From the NCBI RefSeq assembly GCF_964204645.1, contig NC_134026.1:20928150-20992149 (forward strand): a stretch of 64,000 bases of DNA, given 5' to 3'. How positions within the stretch are numbered: the first letter of the stretch is position 1; each line of letters opens with the position of its first letter. Both the position numbers and the translations under genes were made by a program. A model generated the notes under the pieces. It did no database searches, was not told the origin of the DNA, and saw only the letters and a program-made list of their open reading frames with translations. The DNA comes from Tubulanus polymorphus (taxonomy: Eukaryota > Animalia > Nemertea). Below are positions 42,886 through 59,384 of this stretch, one piece after another.

Positions 42886-43276
42886 TTTAGTACAGCACGG
42901 CCTCCATTTAAATTCAATTCAAAACTGTATTGTCATTGCGTAATGCCTTCAACTCCCGGGAGTAGGGCAGCTCCTGAAATTGTCTACTTCCTTGTAGACT
43001 GGTTGTCGGTCTCTATTTTTAAAATTTAATTAAAAAATGTACTGTTTGAGACTGAGTTTGAGTGATATAACAGAGGGGGAAAGTGTATCCTATTATTTCT
43101 TATCGACGATGCGGAAGATCAGAAATATTCATACGCAAAATAACTACGGATAACCATGGGATGGACGTCTCACCGACATCTATCATTCCGGATCCGGCAG
43201 CCGTCGTTTTAGGTAACGTTAGATCCGGTAAGAATCTGTAGGTCGCCGAGCGGTCCAGTGAAACGAGAAGGGAAAC

Positions 43277-44198
43277 ATGACGAGTTCGTCGATTCCGAGC
43301 ACATTTCTGAAGACAGTGCTGAAAAATGGGGTCGGAAGATATGTTTGTCAAATGCAGAGAATAACGTTCCGTTTCTGTAAAACTCATGGCGATAGCAGAG
43401 GAATGAGGTAAATGAAAAGATACTCATTTGTCAAAGTCGCCACACTCAATCAATGACAATGACTCACTTACTGGTCACTCACCACCAATCATAATATCAA
43501 TGGATACCAACCAATTAATTAAAATTTTTTGTGTTATCTTTTTCAGGGATTTCATTGAAAACAGTTTGCTGGATTTTGCGCGAAAAAATCCCGGCGTTGT
43601 GGTCTATCTTGAACCGAGGTATCGCGAAACTCCGGAGATTGAGGCTGAATATTGTAAGTTCTATATGAATAATGCTCTCATGTGGAGTCCTCTATTGACT
43701 ATAATAAGTAGGTTTTGTGAATGCGCTAATTAGCTTGGTCTGATTTATTGCAATTAGTTGTTGGTATTCAGGTGGTGTTACTTAAATCCACCGATTAAAA
43801 TTAGAATTGTAGAAAAAATAGGGGGCAAATATCCTGATACTGAATGATGATTATTGAAAGAATTCTTTTTTCTAGTGAATGGAAGAAGTGAAAAAATTTC
43901 GACGAAATGTTTTAACGAGGTCGAAATTTGTAAATGGACCGAACATCTGAAGAACCGGTCAGGAGAGAAGATCGTTCGTTTAAGAAAGATGTGGCACACC
44001 GATTCGCCGAGTATACAGGGACACTGGAGTCCGTTTACAAATAAAAATCCAAAACTGAACATTACTGAATTTCCGAATGACGAACTATCGCGATGCTTTC
44101 ATAAACCGAGCAATGCTACCGATTCGTTGTTGGAAATGCAAAATTTGGTCGTAGCTGGTGAATCAAAAAGTGGCGCTCAAACTAAGCAGACCGTCTGA
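43277..44198 (+). CDS. MRPL43: Mitochondrial large ribosomal subunit protein mL43; exons 43277-43407, 43547-43653, 43876-44198
   Basis: [61 protein letters not shown]. Confidence 0.95.
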
Positions 44199-44884
44199 GA
44201 TTTTGGAAAGCGATTATCTTGATTTAGTAAATACATAAGTAAAAACCTGGTTACATCCAATGCGGATATTATCCAAGGTCCACTTTTATGTACATGAATA
44301 TGTGTGAAAGAATGTCATGTTTGATATAGATTTCCTGGTCCAATGAGGTTTGTTGTAACAAGGTTCCGTTGTAGAGCACTGATTTAGATTGTAAATATTC
44401 TATTATGAAATCTAATAAAATGGTTCATCGGAAAGGTATTCAAATTGTCACAATCCTTTTGCTTGCCCTCAGAGCTAGTTCACTGCTCTTTATCCTTTTT
44501 GATGGAAAATAGACTAGGGAAGCACCTTCAACCGTGAAAACTCCAGTGTTACAACCTGAAGTTGGAGTCAAGTAACTACGAAAACTTGCATACCTAGCAA
44601 GAAGACAAAAGGATCAACTAATTTTCTTATGGCTAGAGAACTGGGAAGTAAAACGTAGGTGCAAGAAATATTTACAACTTGGGTTCATTCCAACAACATT
44701 TTTCATTCCTCTAGCACAACAACTAACAATACTCCGAATAACTTCTTTCCTGGCAAATATCATTGGTGGTTCCATGGCAATGTTGTATGAGCCCTTTTTG
44801 TATGTCCATAGAATAAGCGCAACTAATAATATTGGAATATTTTGTGGTTTTATTTACATAAATTCTGTTACATTTATCGCATTA

Positions 44885-47800
44885 TCACGTTTCTAAAGAA
44901 TTGCCATTCAGTATTGGCTCTTTATTAGTTAGAACGCGAGAGAAGTCGACTTGTATGTCATCCGCAGCGATTTCCAGATTTACTGCATCCATCAACGTCT
45001 TGAAATCAGCTTGAATGAGTTGTGTGGGACGCTGCAAAACATTACATAATAAATGTAAATAATTAAACACTTCCACTACAATTGAAAAAGATCAGGAAAA
45101 TTTTCCACAGTTGTCATAAGTTGACTAATTGACTACACATTAATGTTGAATTTGTTTAATTTAAAATCGCTTAAATGTAAAATGAATTCATCTTGAACAC
45201 GGTCATGGGGTACAAGTGAAATATTGTATATTGTATTCAACGATGAAACCATTACCACAACAACCAGTAACCCAGCTTCCAGTACTCTATCCCTGCAACC
45301 TTTGGCCCAGCTACCAGTGCTTCTTATTTACAGATCATGGGATCTTAACTAAGATACACAATAGCTCAGACACGACCCTTGCTTTTATCAACAACACCCA
45401 CAAATATTTTCATAAGAGAAAATCATAGTTTACCTTCTGCTTTTTCTTGTTGCCTTTCTTTTTCACAAACAAATTACTGACTATATTCGGATCGTAGCTA
45501 TTGTATAAATCTATGGAACTCCTAAAATACAATTTCGAAGATACCAAATTCAACTACAGTGTATAGATAACATCATAGCTAACTCAAAGATTCTAACATC
45601 AATCAAAGTAACTCGTTGTTTTACCTGCGTAATAATTCTGGCGGTAATTGACCTTGTCCACTCAGAGGTGCCTGCTTAATCAAGTGATTACCGTATAGTT
45701 GAACTATTGGATGGTAATAATGCTGAAAATTGGAGAAAAAAATTTAGTAACTCCTGACAATAGAGAAACGTAAATTTGAAACAAGTTGTTTCAACAACCT
45801 ACCTTAGCTAAATGGAGTTCATAAAGAGCTGTATTTTGAGCATTACAATGTTCAGGTTCAACTAATTCCGGTTGATAAATACCACTGCCTTGCGTTTCCG
45901 TATCGAACAATAAATCACTTCGAGGATACGCCTGTAATGCAGAATGTACATTTCAAGAATCTGCTAATAAAGTTTTTTACGCTACAATATGGATAGGTAT
46001 TAGACTTACGTGTAAAACTGATCTGATAGAAGCCAATAGCCCAATTGCTGAGTGACTATTTTGTTGTAGAACGATGCCGGTCAACCGCTTAATATATCCA
46101 AGTGCTCGCTTCTGAGTTACCTATTTATTGATCAAACACAGATGTTCAGTACAGTCTCCAGATGCAATTAGGAAATTATGGATGAAGCCAATGATTAAGA
46201 AAGGTCGACGTGAACTTTTCACATCAAATACAATTAATGATACTGGAAATTGAGCATCACTGGACATTATACCACAAAGAATTCTGACTTCTTCATAGCT
46301 TTTCTGAAAACCCATGACATCTGACTTCAACGTGTCTGCCTGTAGGCTTATTGACATTGAATTGTGAGGTAAAATTCTTAGTACTGGGTCAACTCAAAAA
46401 AGATTTTTAGTTGATCCAACTTATAAGTTGAAGCATGATTTAATAATAGATTGTAAGGATAACTGGACGAACCTGCTTTTTCCTTTTGATCAACATCAGA
46501 TCGAGGCATTCGAGTATAATCAAAACCAGTTCATCGGATTGAGCTGAAAATATTGCGGAGGAACGAAAACAATTTTCCGAGAATTCATCAAACTGTTTTA
46601 AGCGACGAAGATAGACAGTGATTATACAGATTGGCCTACCTGAATCAATTTTCAAAAGACTGTCGTATAAATGTGTGTAGAAATGAAGAGGATCTATCGT
46701 TAATGCAGAGCCCTGGCCAGTTAGGATGATAAATGCAGTCTGGATACAGTGCAACATCTGTTTCAGGGTTAAATCCTGCAAATAGAAATTACTTTTAAAC
46801 ATTAATACAGGGTACATCACTTTGGAGTCGAAGACTGACATTTCATAAATTTCATACGCTTACATACCCCTGATTCGATCAAACTATTAAGAACATTGAA
46901 CAAATCGCTGAAGAATTCTATGTTGATTAGATGAGCGAATCTGTAATAGAGATATCAATTATTAAGTTAAAACCAGGGTTTGCTACGTATAAAACCAAAT
47001 GCATTTTTGATAAAACCGACTGCAAAGAACAAGAAAATAAGTTTGTTTTAAGATTGATACTTGTGTTACATGCAATCTAATCTGAAAATAATCAAATTTT
47101 CTTTAGTTAGAATTTTCGTAATAACGCCAACATGTCCTTACTTTGCCAAACCCTCAAGCACAGTAGAAAGTAACACTGATCGAGGAGCCTTCTTCAAGAT
47201 TCTGAAGTACGCCAGGAATACTGTTTCAACGATTTGTGTGTGCTATGTAAAAGAAACGTAATCAGAAATTAGATCAGTCCCTTTTTCTTGACTTACGTAT
47301 CAATATCGCCTCCACTATAAAATCGACCGATATTCTATAAACTACCGGGTATTTTTTAACTAACATGATTTCTTACCAATTTCACTTTCTCATTAACATT
47401 TTCGGCAGCAGCCGCATCCTCCAATTCCTTTTCTAGAGATGCCTTCTGCTTCATTTTCTATAATATAAAACATCTTGCATCATTTATAGACAGATATTGA
47501 ACAAAGTGAAGTTTTACTTTGTAGTCAAACTATCGAACTCTCAACTGTGGAATGGGTCCTGGGTATTTAGATACAGACATCTGGCCCCTGGGCTCTATTT
47601 TTGTTTGAGTTCTGTTACTCACTTTTCTTTCTCTTCTGGATAACTGTTTTAACTTCTCTTTGTGGGTGAGCTTCTTTTTCTTCGACTGGTCGGCGGTAAA
47701 ATCCACCTTCTTGATTTTGAGACTCATAAACACTTTGAGAACCTGTTTCAAATCGGATTGCGACGTTAAAATGCCAATCCGACAATGAGTCAATTTACCA

Positions 47801-50800
47801 TATATTAGACATTAGAGCAGTTAGTTACCTTTATCTTTACGCTGTATGATTTCATCTTTATAAACTTAGTAACCGCCCTGACAATCTGATAGGAAAGAAA
47901 ATCATAAAATTAAGTACCCGGCAACATAAAAATGCACCATTTATTCAATATTGCTATCAACCTCGGGATCAAACTCATTATCATTGAATGCTACTTATTA
48001 GGTATGAGTTCTGTATTAGGTATAGTGTTTTGATTAAGCCAAGGGTATTTGGTAATTATTTGTAAAACACATACCTCTAGCGAGACATTTCCAGTTTTGT
48101 CCTCCTTGAAAATGGTCTTCACAGCTTCGCTAACCACATCAGATATCTGCAACACGAGACATTCATGAGATACAATTCATATTTCCTAAGTCTTAGCAGT
48201 AGAAACACAGGGTGGCTACAGGGTGTGCGTGGTGACTTGATCTGTTAAGAATCCAACCAATCAACACAGTGAAACACGTAAGAAATAGACGGAAACTGTT
48301 TGATTTTACGCACGATCTAGCAATCTCAACAAATTTCTATGACTTTTTCTGAGATAAGAAAATTCCCCGACTTTTCCCTGATTTCCAAGTTAGGGGCCAC
48401 CCTGAAGTAGATCGTATACAATACCTTTGAATTGTTGTGATTCAACAATGGAACAATAGTGTTAATGATATTCGTTCTGTAGTTAAAATGCGGGTGTTGA
48501 ATCAGGACAGAGCACATGCAGTTTGTAGCAACTTCAGCTAAACCCTAAAATAGTTAAGGACGGAAGTTTGAATAGAAAGCATGTTGTATGTAAATTGAAT
48601 TAAAATGGGAAAACTACATCGGAAAATACTTACGCATTGTGCTTCTGCAGGCAGGTGAACTTCAAATAAAGCTTTGTTTTCGTGTTTTATTTTTTTCGGA
48701 AGTTTACCTGGAAATACATTCAATCTGGTTAATCATTCTCAAGCCTAGTAGGATACCGGTAAATGGATAGAGCACGATTTAGCATTGAAAAAATTGTGCT
48801 TTTAAGATACCAATGCACAGTAGATTTTGTAAGATTATAACCATAAGTGAGTGAATGGAGTGTCAGAAAAGTATTTTTGAGAAATTCATGGACCACAGTT
48901 ATTCAAGATGACAAGAAGTGGTAGTGGTCAGTTTATTGTTTATCTGAATAAATGGTAGTACCTGTAATCATTGCTTCGAGAAACTGTAAGTAAAGCCGGT
49001 AATTGGTAAGCAAACCAGCTTCATATTCCCGCAAACTCTTAGTTTCCTTCTTTTGCTGAAATAGAAATTAGCGTACCACATCCATGAACCGACAGTTTGT
49101 GAATTATTCCATATATGTAGGTTAAACAAAAATGACTAGTTGTTAGATACGTGAAAGGACCAAAATACTGAACATTGTCCTAGATGTAAATTTAAGTTTT
49201 GACTAGAGCAATTGACGCTTTGATTATCTTAATGTTTTCAAACCAAAATATTGCTACGTCACGTGGAATAAAACTTACCGATTGAACTTTTTCCGTGTCG
49301 CTGATAGGCCGAATTTTATAGTCGGGTATAATGTCCTTAAACACTTCTGACAGAGTGAGCATCACGTATTTCCTCATCGTGATCATTACATCTACATCTG
49401 TTTCATACAACATTGTGCGTAAATCCTTTAACTTCCGAACCTACCCAAATCAAAATGGAAAAGATTAGCTTATGAGCTTACCAGTGTAATATTTGCCTCG
49501 CTACCATTACGTAGTTGATCCTTTTTGTTCGATGTTTGATATGTCGGGATGACATCTCTTTATTGGCAATATTGTAAAATATAAGCAAACTTGGCTTCAT
49601 GCACAGTGCTCATTTCTAAACAATGGCTCACTTAAAAGTAGCCCTATGTCAGCTAACATTTTGCAATTTAAAAACTGAATCCTTTCAACTTACGTTTTCC
49701 TCCGGGTTTTCTGTGATACCGCTCGCTAAAATGGCCATTTGCTGTTTCTTTTCAGCCAGCTTTCTCTGTCGGATGGCATAGAGTTGCATTGTCGATAGAA
49801 CTGGCAATGGTTCAGACTTTTCCTCTTCGACAATGGAATTTTCATTTGTTCCTTCATCATCCTCTCCTTACAAAAGAAAATTCACATCATCTAACAAGAG
49901 AATGCTCTAATATGACTAAGCTTAGCTCATCTACTAACAATCCAAGAAACCACCAAAAGATTTAAGGTCATTCCCTTTGTATATTCTAAATAGCTAATCT
50001 AAGAAATTAAAACCTGGTCCAAAGATATCAACCCATTCATAGTGATTCTACAACTGCATACATCAAAAATCAAGAATCATTGGAATGATTCAAAACTGCT
50101 TTTAAGATATATTTTCGTGGATTGTTTTACCACTAGTCAGATATTGGTTTTATAATAATTGTAATTTGAAGAGCGCCTTGAATAATAAATCACGATTATA
50201 TTGTCATCGTTGTACTCTTGACTCTGACCCTCCTTCAAAATTATCAATCATGTAAACTTTCAGGCTTACCCTCCGGTTCAGGATCCTCGATTTCTTCAAC
50301 CTGGGGTATAATGCCTGCTTTCGTTTTGATTGGTAAAAGATGCCGGACTTTCTTGTCGTCGGTGAAGCGTTTTCTCGGCACATTCTCATAGTTTTCTTCG
50401 AGGTTCTCTTCTATTTTTCGCTTGTTAGCTTTGCGTTCTTCACTGTGTGTGGAGGTATTAAACAAGACCAAGGTTTTATTTTTCATTTCATCTAATAGAG
50501 GTTATTTTTCAGTACCAGGTCACCAACGTGATTAGAATTAATATATTATTAATAATCTGATTTTAGAAAATTCTTTAAAATCAATTCGGTTTTCTTCCCA
50601 TATATTCCAAAACTGGCTGCCCAGAAATTCTCGGCTACATGACAATTTCAATGTTCAATGCCCCCTGACAAAAAATACAGAAACTAAAGAATGTCAAAAT
50701 ATGCATAGCTCCCAATATAGATGGAAACACTATGTAATTTCACGATTCGTATGCCCTAATCAATTAAGCTGAAATAAACATCTAATCTAGTTAATAAATA

Positions 50801-51655
50801 TCCTCAATTTGTCTTCATTTATATTTTACCTTTTACGCCATTTATCAGCTCCGAGAAAACCCAAATTTGTAGCCCCCGGAGTTCCGAAATATTTGTAATC
50901 ATCATCAAGCAGCGGGATTTCTTCGATCACAACATCTTGTTGGCGTTCTTCTGCCCGAGACTGATTCAACGCTTTGCGAGATATCTCTTGTTTTTCTTCT
51001 CGAGTTAACTTTCCGACATTCTTTGCCTTCAGTTTTCCACGTTTAGCAAGTTTATTCAAGCGTTTGTTATTGATTTTCGTTGCACTCGCTTTGCCACTTT
51101 TCTTGGCGTTTCCTTTGCGTCCTCCTTTTTTCTAAAATTCAATTGAATAAGCCGGTAACGGTTAAATCGAATAATTACATGTAAAATTGCCTATCTCTGT
51201 ACAACATTGAAACTGTGATTCATTCTTCGCAGGCATTACAATCCTAAAGATTATTTATTAGTAGGTATTATAGAGCACAGCCACAGCTCCAAATTCTAAT
51301 TTTAATTAGCAGACAGAGCAGACATCTCCTAAAAGAAAGCAGTTTGCTTTTTATTCCAAATTCATAATCGTTGTGACTTAATCGCATTTCTTTAACTAAA
51401 ACAATGGAAATGATTACTAAGAGCAATGAATGTTTGTACTTTTTTGATTTTGAATTGAATTGTCAGGCAGGTTTGGATGGGGAATTCCCCTAAAATAGAT
51501 TCCAGGAAGATATGTTACGGTATAAATTAGGTTCTATGTGACCATATATATACAATGCATCCATCAGTATAAAACACATGGTGGTTTAGGTTTATGATCC
51601 CGTAGAAATGTTAGTTTTATTCAAATTTATCACACGTGAAACTCACCGCAACCAT
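44885..51655 (-). CDS. NOC3L: Nucleolar complex protein 3 homolog, many short exons
   Basis: Short first exon ATG GTT GCG|gtgagt at 51655, Lys-rich N-terminus. Motifs [86 protein letters not shown]. Stop at 44885-44887. Confidence 0.92.
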
Positions 51656-51762
51656 TTTGAAGGTGGCAGCACTGCGGAAGGATTTCCTCGTTTCGGGATT
51701 CCCTGAAAACCCGGAAGAGGATCGGGATTCCCTTGGTTTTTCCAAACCCGGAAACGTCCTTA
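51656..51762. promoter_or_regulatory. Very compact bidirectional promoter between NOC3L and RFESD
   Basis: 107 bp between the divergent ATGs; contains CCGGAAG/CCGGAAA ETS-like sites and GGTGGCAGCACTG. Confidence 0.7.
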
Positions 51763-53288
<1,526 letters not shown>

Positions 53289-54905
53289 TGTATCGAAAAC
53301 TTTAGAATAAAATATGCACGACTATTTTTATACTGAACAATAATTTATTTCTTGTTTCAACAAATATCACAACTCTACTGTATGGAAAAAGCCTAGCACA
53401 CGCTAGTATTGGTGAAGACAATTGGCAGAGATAAAATGTGCGAGACAATGTTAATTTTAAGTCAAAGGTGGCGATCTAGAAGGAATAAGGCAAAAAAAAT
53501 TTATACTTAGTTTCTCATTTCTGCTGACCCGGCTGGCCGCCTAATACCCTGGTACCCTGTTCATTAAACCATAATCAAGCTAACCATAACAGACCCAGCA
53601 GTTATAGAAATGAACTGATAACAAATTTAATTGCAGTTCACAAAATGACCTGGCCAATTTGGAGAAACAAGGTATCATTTTTCAGGCTAATCAACGTTCT
53701 TTGCGTTATTTTATCTGACTCAAGACAAAAATATTCTGATTGCTAGCAGCTGTGCACTGTTTAACCAATCCAGTTAACAGTATACTCGGCTCAAGTCTGT
53801 TCTGCACAACTGTTTAACTGAATGTTGAAAGATTTTTCTTATCCTATATAAGCTTATGAATCGTATAGCGAAAAGATCCGACTTGAGCGGAGTCTAATGT
53901 TTAGCAATGAACCATAATCAAGTAGCACTACGGAGCTGTAAGCTAGCGTGCGCTAGGTTTTACTTAACAGGCTAGCCTCTACTTCAACTACAAAGTATTT
54001 TGTTTTATACATGATACCTATTATATTTCCGTTTCAAGAAAATTAAAATCAAGCTTTAAAAGCTTCCTTTTACACTTAGAGCGTTAACAGTTTCTCAATA
54101 ATCGATTTTTGTTTGTCATCTACAAAAGAACATATAAAAATACTGATAATGCATTTTAATGCATCTTTAAAATGAAAACATTTTGGCTTCAAGAAATGGC
54201 ACAGCTCATCTACACCATAAGGCCTGCTTCAAGACTGCATCTATCTGCAACCGTACTCTGGCAGGACTATGTATAGGGTTGTTTTTATGAACAATCAGTA
54301 TGGATGTGGTCAAAATAATTGGCAAAATCCTTTTTCAGAATTTTGTCTCCTTGTCAATAGAACAAGAAAACTACTAAGAATGAACGGTTACCAGGCACAG
54401 TTCCACTGAATAGGAATATCCTTATTTGTCAGCAATACATTAAAATATGCGTACCAGTTGAATCGTGGTAAGTTGGATAAATGCTAGAAAATATTGGGTC
54501 CCATTGTTTAATTACAGTAGACTCCTACACACATCTCTAGCAGTCAAGCCCAAACCAGCGAAATATTACCGGTGTAGACAAATACCGGTTATAGATTTTC
54601 CGATTTTTTCACATTAACAAACAGTAGGGACATTGACTGGTGGGATATCATATGCTCGGTAGTTCATTAAAGCCTCCAACTTACAGTCACTTCTATGATT
54701 TTCAATTACTTAAATCGAAAAATTAATACAGATTAGCTTCGGACAACGCGACACGGAGAATTAGAATACCTTGTATTCGAGGCGCTAAACACCCACGTAA
54801 CACTGCTATCAAAACAGTAACAACGATCTAATATCTAATAGCGTTACTTTAGTGACAAGACGACCTACGGAAATAACGCGCCTAAAAACCGCTACGCAAT
54901 ATCTT

Positions 54906-57900
54906 TCAACCTTTCCCGTCCAGAGTCACCGTTCGCAAGGCGTCGCTTTCGAAGATTTCCAACGTCGCTACGGCGCCGTCGTTGAAACAGAACGACAATC
55001 CACCGTCGACCACCAGTTTCGCGTCCCACATACGAGATTTGATGACGATCCTGAAATTACAGGGCCAGGAGTTGCGAGTAATCAACAAAGGAGTGACCGA
55101 TAACAAAATTTGATTCAAACATTTTCATAGAACTTTAGGCCCAAGAGAACAACTAACTAGGTATCCACAGGGACACCATGCCTACGAAAATGCCTGACAA
55201 TCTGACAGTTTCAATATTCAACGCCCCCTGGTGAACAAATACAGAAATCAACAACCATGATACTTCCCACAATTATAGAATATGTCATGACCTACAATTT
55301 GGCAAATAAATCTGGTAAGCATAGATCCTTATGTAAACGAATATGCATAATCTCCATGTTTATGGAAATGCTATGTAATTTCACCATTGAACACCCCATG
55401 GCAAACACGCAGAATCTGATGACCTTAAAAATCGCCACAATCATAGTAAGTGTCATGATCTTCAACTTTTCTTTTGATTGTGACTGTGTGGAAAAAGCTT
55501 CCCAGAAAAAAATAGATTCTGTCGACAGAATGGACGACGGACAAAAAGTGAATGCAGTAGACCGCTGGGGCTTTGCCCTTTAATGGGCTGAAAGAATACC
55601 TGGTACTCACTTATTAGCGAAACCCCTGGGATTTGACACTTGAAAGATACCTAGAATGAAAGAAAATAAATGGCAAAAATTATTTGAATATTGCACCGTT
55701 CAAGTTCTACATACTGCATAAATTTGACTCGAAGGAGCCGCAAGATGCTCACCATTAACCACTGGATCTCTGATCGTGTAAGCCATGTGCCCGGCACTCG
55801 GATCAAATCGTAACGATTCATTGAACTGTTGAGCAACGGTCCGACGGAAGTTGAGATTATCGTGCGGAATTTCACACTTCGTCAAACGGTTTGCTGTAAA
55901 AAAAATACGACATGATGCAAATCATATTCGAGAATGACATATATACTTATTATTTCTAATCATTAACATGCTTAGATGAATATCAAACCCACAAAACTAC
56001 GTACCGTACTACATGTACATGTAACCGAATTCACATTCTTTCAAACAAGAGCTATTCATTGTGCAACGTGAATACTAAATCGTATGGAAAGTACTTAACA
56101 ACGTCGTACCTATCTTTAGGATTTCTTCGATACTGGTTTCTGGTATGAGATTAATGTTGAAGAACCACGACGTGGAACCAGTTCCTGTGCACACGGTCAC
56201 GCCAGAACTTTTTTGTTTCTCAGGAGGACAGTCGTCAACGGAGATTTCATTATATGAAACCCTGCATAATACATGTATATAAAGACTATTTGTAATTTTA
56301 CGGATTTAAAAAGCGAAGTCATGACAATAAAGATGAAAGGAGATACCATCGACTGAAGTGTAGAGGTGGCTATTTTGACATAACTGTTCTGTAACCAAAA
56401 CATTTGGATCCAGTTCCAGATATAACTCAAAATTGAGAAAATTACAAGTTTTGGCCTATACTTATTTCAGATTGAAATATTTCAAATTTATTCAACCGCA
56501 GTTTTCAGTTGAGCATGGTTTGGCTTGACAAAAGAGATCTTTAAAATATGTATGGTTAAAAAATTCAACATTCAATTATTGATGTAATCGAAATGAAAAT
56601 TATTCCTAGTTTTCCTGGTCGCCTGGTTTTCGTACCTCGCCGAAAGTGACTCTCCCATGAACACCTCGTTCAAAGCGAGCACCGGTAAAATCCTTGTCTC
56701 TCGTACTTTCTTCGACGCGGCGACTTTCGAAGTTTCTTCGTTCTCGCGAACGTGCTCGACGAAACGATTCTCCGGATTGTACAGTTCTTGTTCGTAAAGT
56801 TCGACCGGTTCATCGTTCTCGTGAGCACCGGATACTTTGATTCGAATTCTCTGTCTAAATAACCATCTGCGAACAACAACCGCGACAAAAGTTTCTTTAA
56901 AGTCTGAGAAGTTTTGATGTAATTTGATTGATATAATCTAAATGCTTACTTGAATTTGCCGGCTAAGAGTTTATCTAAGGCTTCCTTGAAATTTCGCGAA
57001 TAGTATTTCGAAAGACACAGATAACCTTCTGACCTAGAAAAAATACGTTCGTATTTAATATTAATATCAATATGACTTTCAAACAAAATGGTTTCATCCA
57101 TCTGTGATCATTCTTTGGCCCGAACTAAGTCTTATTCTTACTCGTAATTTAGAGTGGTATTTGTTTCCTGGTTCCAGAAACTAGGTTCAGGGATCAGTAG
57201 TTAGTTACCTAATCGTTGGTGGTATGCCTTTTATAATCGGATGGGCTGTGGTTTGTGAAAATATCCGATCGTGAAACTAAACCACAGACAGGTTACTGAC
57301 TAAGGGATCAGAACATTCAAGACAAGCACTTTACTAATACTGGTAGCCCAACGCACATGATGCAGGGAAACACGGAATCAAACATGTCTATTTAATCTTG
57401 GAAACATTGTTTCCTGAAACCGTGTTTTTCGCTATCAATGCACGCGACACTGGGAAATGCTCGGAAACCTATCTCCTGTTTCCATGTATTGCGTGTGTCG
57501 GGCAGTATAACTGCATTTTCATACCTGACGGGGTCGGTGTTGATGCCAATAACTGGTTTAGACTGATTCTTCACTTTACTCGCCGCTAATAGATATGTCC
57601 CATCCCCTCCAGCAGAAAATATTGCATCCGCCCAATTTATGACTTCGTTATTGTAGTTCTGCCGTTCAACCATTTCAACCTCGATGCCGCGGGCTCTATG
57701 CAAATTAAGGCATTCAGCATGTAAGTCGATAATTTAGCAAGGATTTTCTCAAAGGAATTTCTGAACTTAATGTTCAGGATGAAGTTTCACAGTTCCTACT
57801 AAACATCCAACTCAATAGAAACAAAACACGAGAAATTTAGAAATGAACTAATTTAGAGTCAACCTAAAGAGTCAATTTTAGCCAACAACTGTGCAACTGG

Positions 57901-58728
57901 GTCAACCTTTTTGAAACCTACTCAAATCCTTTTTTCATCTGCCTCATTGTGTCATGGTGCATGATATGTCTCTGTAAAAGGCCGTCGTAATCCGAACCTT
58001 TGGAAATCAACTGAAAAGATAAAGCAGCGTTAACGTGAGAGGGCACTATCAGAATGCCATTTTCTGAATAATTTGGCCGCAAAATGAGCTGTAAAACCCT
58101 TGTCCACATTGATGCACCCCTAACACTTAATATGGTTCCCACAGTTCCATGAATTAAAAATACCCGGGCTTTTCCCATGTATTTCATGGGTGATTTTTCA
58201 ATTTTCCCAAATGGAAATGAACAGATATCATCATACTACAGTCAACATTCTAATGGTGACTGGTTGATTCTCATGGGAAATTGCTGCAACACGCGAAATG
58301 TAAATGAATTTCCCAAATATTTCCCTGATTTGTAGAAAATTTTTCTAATTCGCAAATATTTCCAAACTGGGAATTGTCATTTCAAAATTCCCAAATTTTT
58401 CCAATTTCCCATAAGAACAACCAAATATAGAACTGGGTCTCACCATTTTCTTCAGTTCCTCTTGACTACAGAATGCATTGACCCTGTTCTCGTATTCGAA
58501 TCGAGTCATTTTGACGACCATTGCCACTCGTTTCGGAGAAAAATCCAATTTATCATCGCTGAATCTATTATCATTGTCACGGGTACTACTTGCAGAAGAG
58601 CGATGTCTTTTAATGTCAAACACTAGTTTATTCGTCACGTTACTTATATTGGGAAACTTGAAAAAACCTGCCTTCTTCTTCCACCACAAAAAGTGATGGA
58701 TCAGGTATTTCCGATGGATAGATAACAT
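54906..58728 (-). CDS. NADK2: Mitochondrial NAD kinase 2, multi-exon (start codon tentative)
   Basis: Motifs KMTRFEYE, WADAIFSAGGDGTYLLAASK, GINTDP, LNEVFMGESLSAR, KQKSSGVTVCTGTGSTSWFFNIN, SRMWDAKLVVDGGLSFCFNDGA. Confidence 0.93.
57198..57302. mobile_element. 105-bp MITE with TAG termini and a 9-bp TSD, in a NADK2 intron
   Basis: Direct repeat AGGGATCAG at 57189-57197 and 57303-57311; imperfect 13-bp TIR TAGTTAGTTACCT / AGGTTACTGACTA. Confidence 0.7.
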
Positions 58729-59384
58729 TTTGTTTTGATGAGAATGCAAATGTGAAGTTTTCCGTTAAATAAATGCTATCGATGTGCCGACCCGAGAAAA
58801 GGTTTGCCAATCATATTCGTCGACAGCAAATTTACGGCTTGTTCGATTTTAATTTCCTGGAGTCTATGCATATCTCATACCGAATCTAGGCCCGGACTTG
58901 GCCTATGGCCTACTAGAGCCAGGTGTAGGGAGGACGCGGCGGAGGAAGAATACTCGACTCAAAAACACACGAAAAGTTAAACTTCCATCTATTCTACGAA
59001 AAAATATGACACCAGTATTTTCTGGTTTTCTTTAAGGGAGGAAAAATCCTTTTCATTTTTATTTGAAGTTGATATCATGCCAACGCTCTGTTTTTTTCAT
59101 TGACATTGTGATTTATTCTTGAAAGTTTAAAGCATCCGGATCCAAGGGCGCGGCCATTTTGATGGTGGCAGCACTGGACGGATTGGTGTCAAGTCCGAAG
59201 CAGACTGGGATGCTTCGATATGTTATGACATCCGCTTATTTCGCTTGATCGAATCACAATACTTTTTTTAATAAGATGTCTTAAAAGGCACCAACTTTTT
59301 TTTATCTGAAAATAGGGATTTACCTTCCCTGTTATATGGTGGCTGATTCGGGCCATACTAAAAAATTTTTCTGTACGGCTCTAG

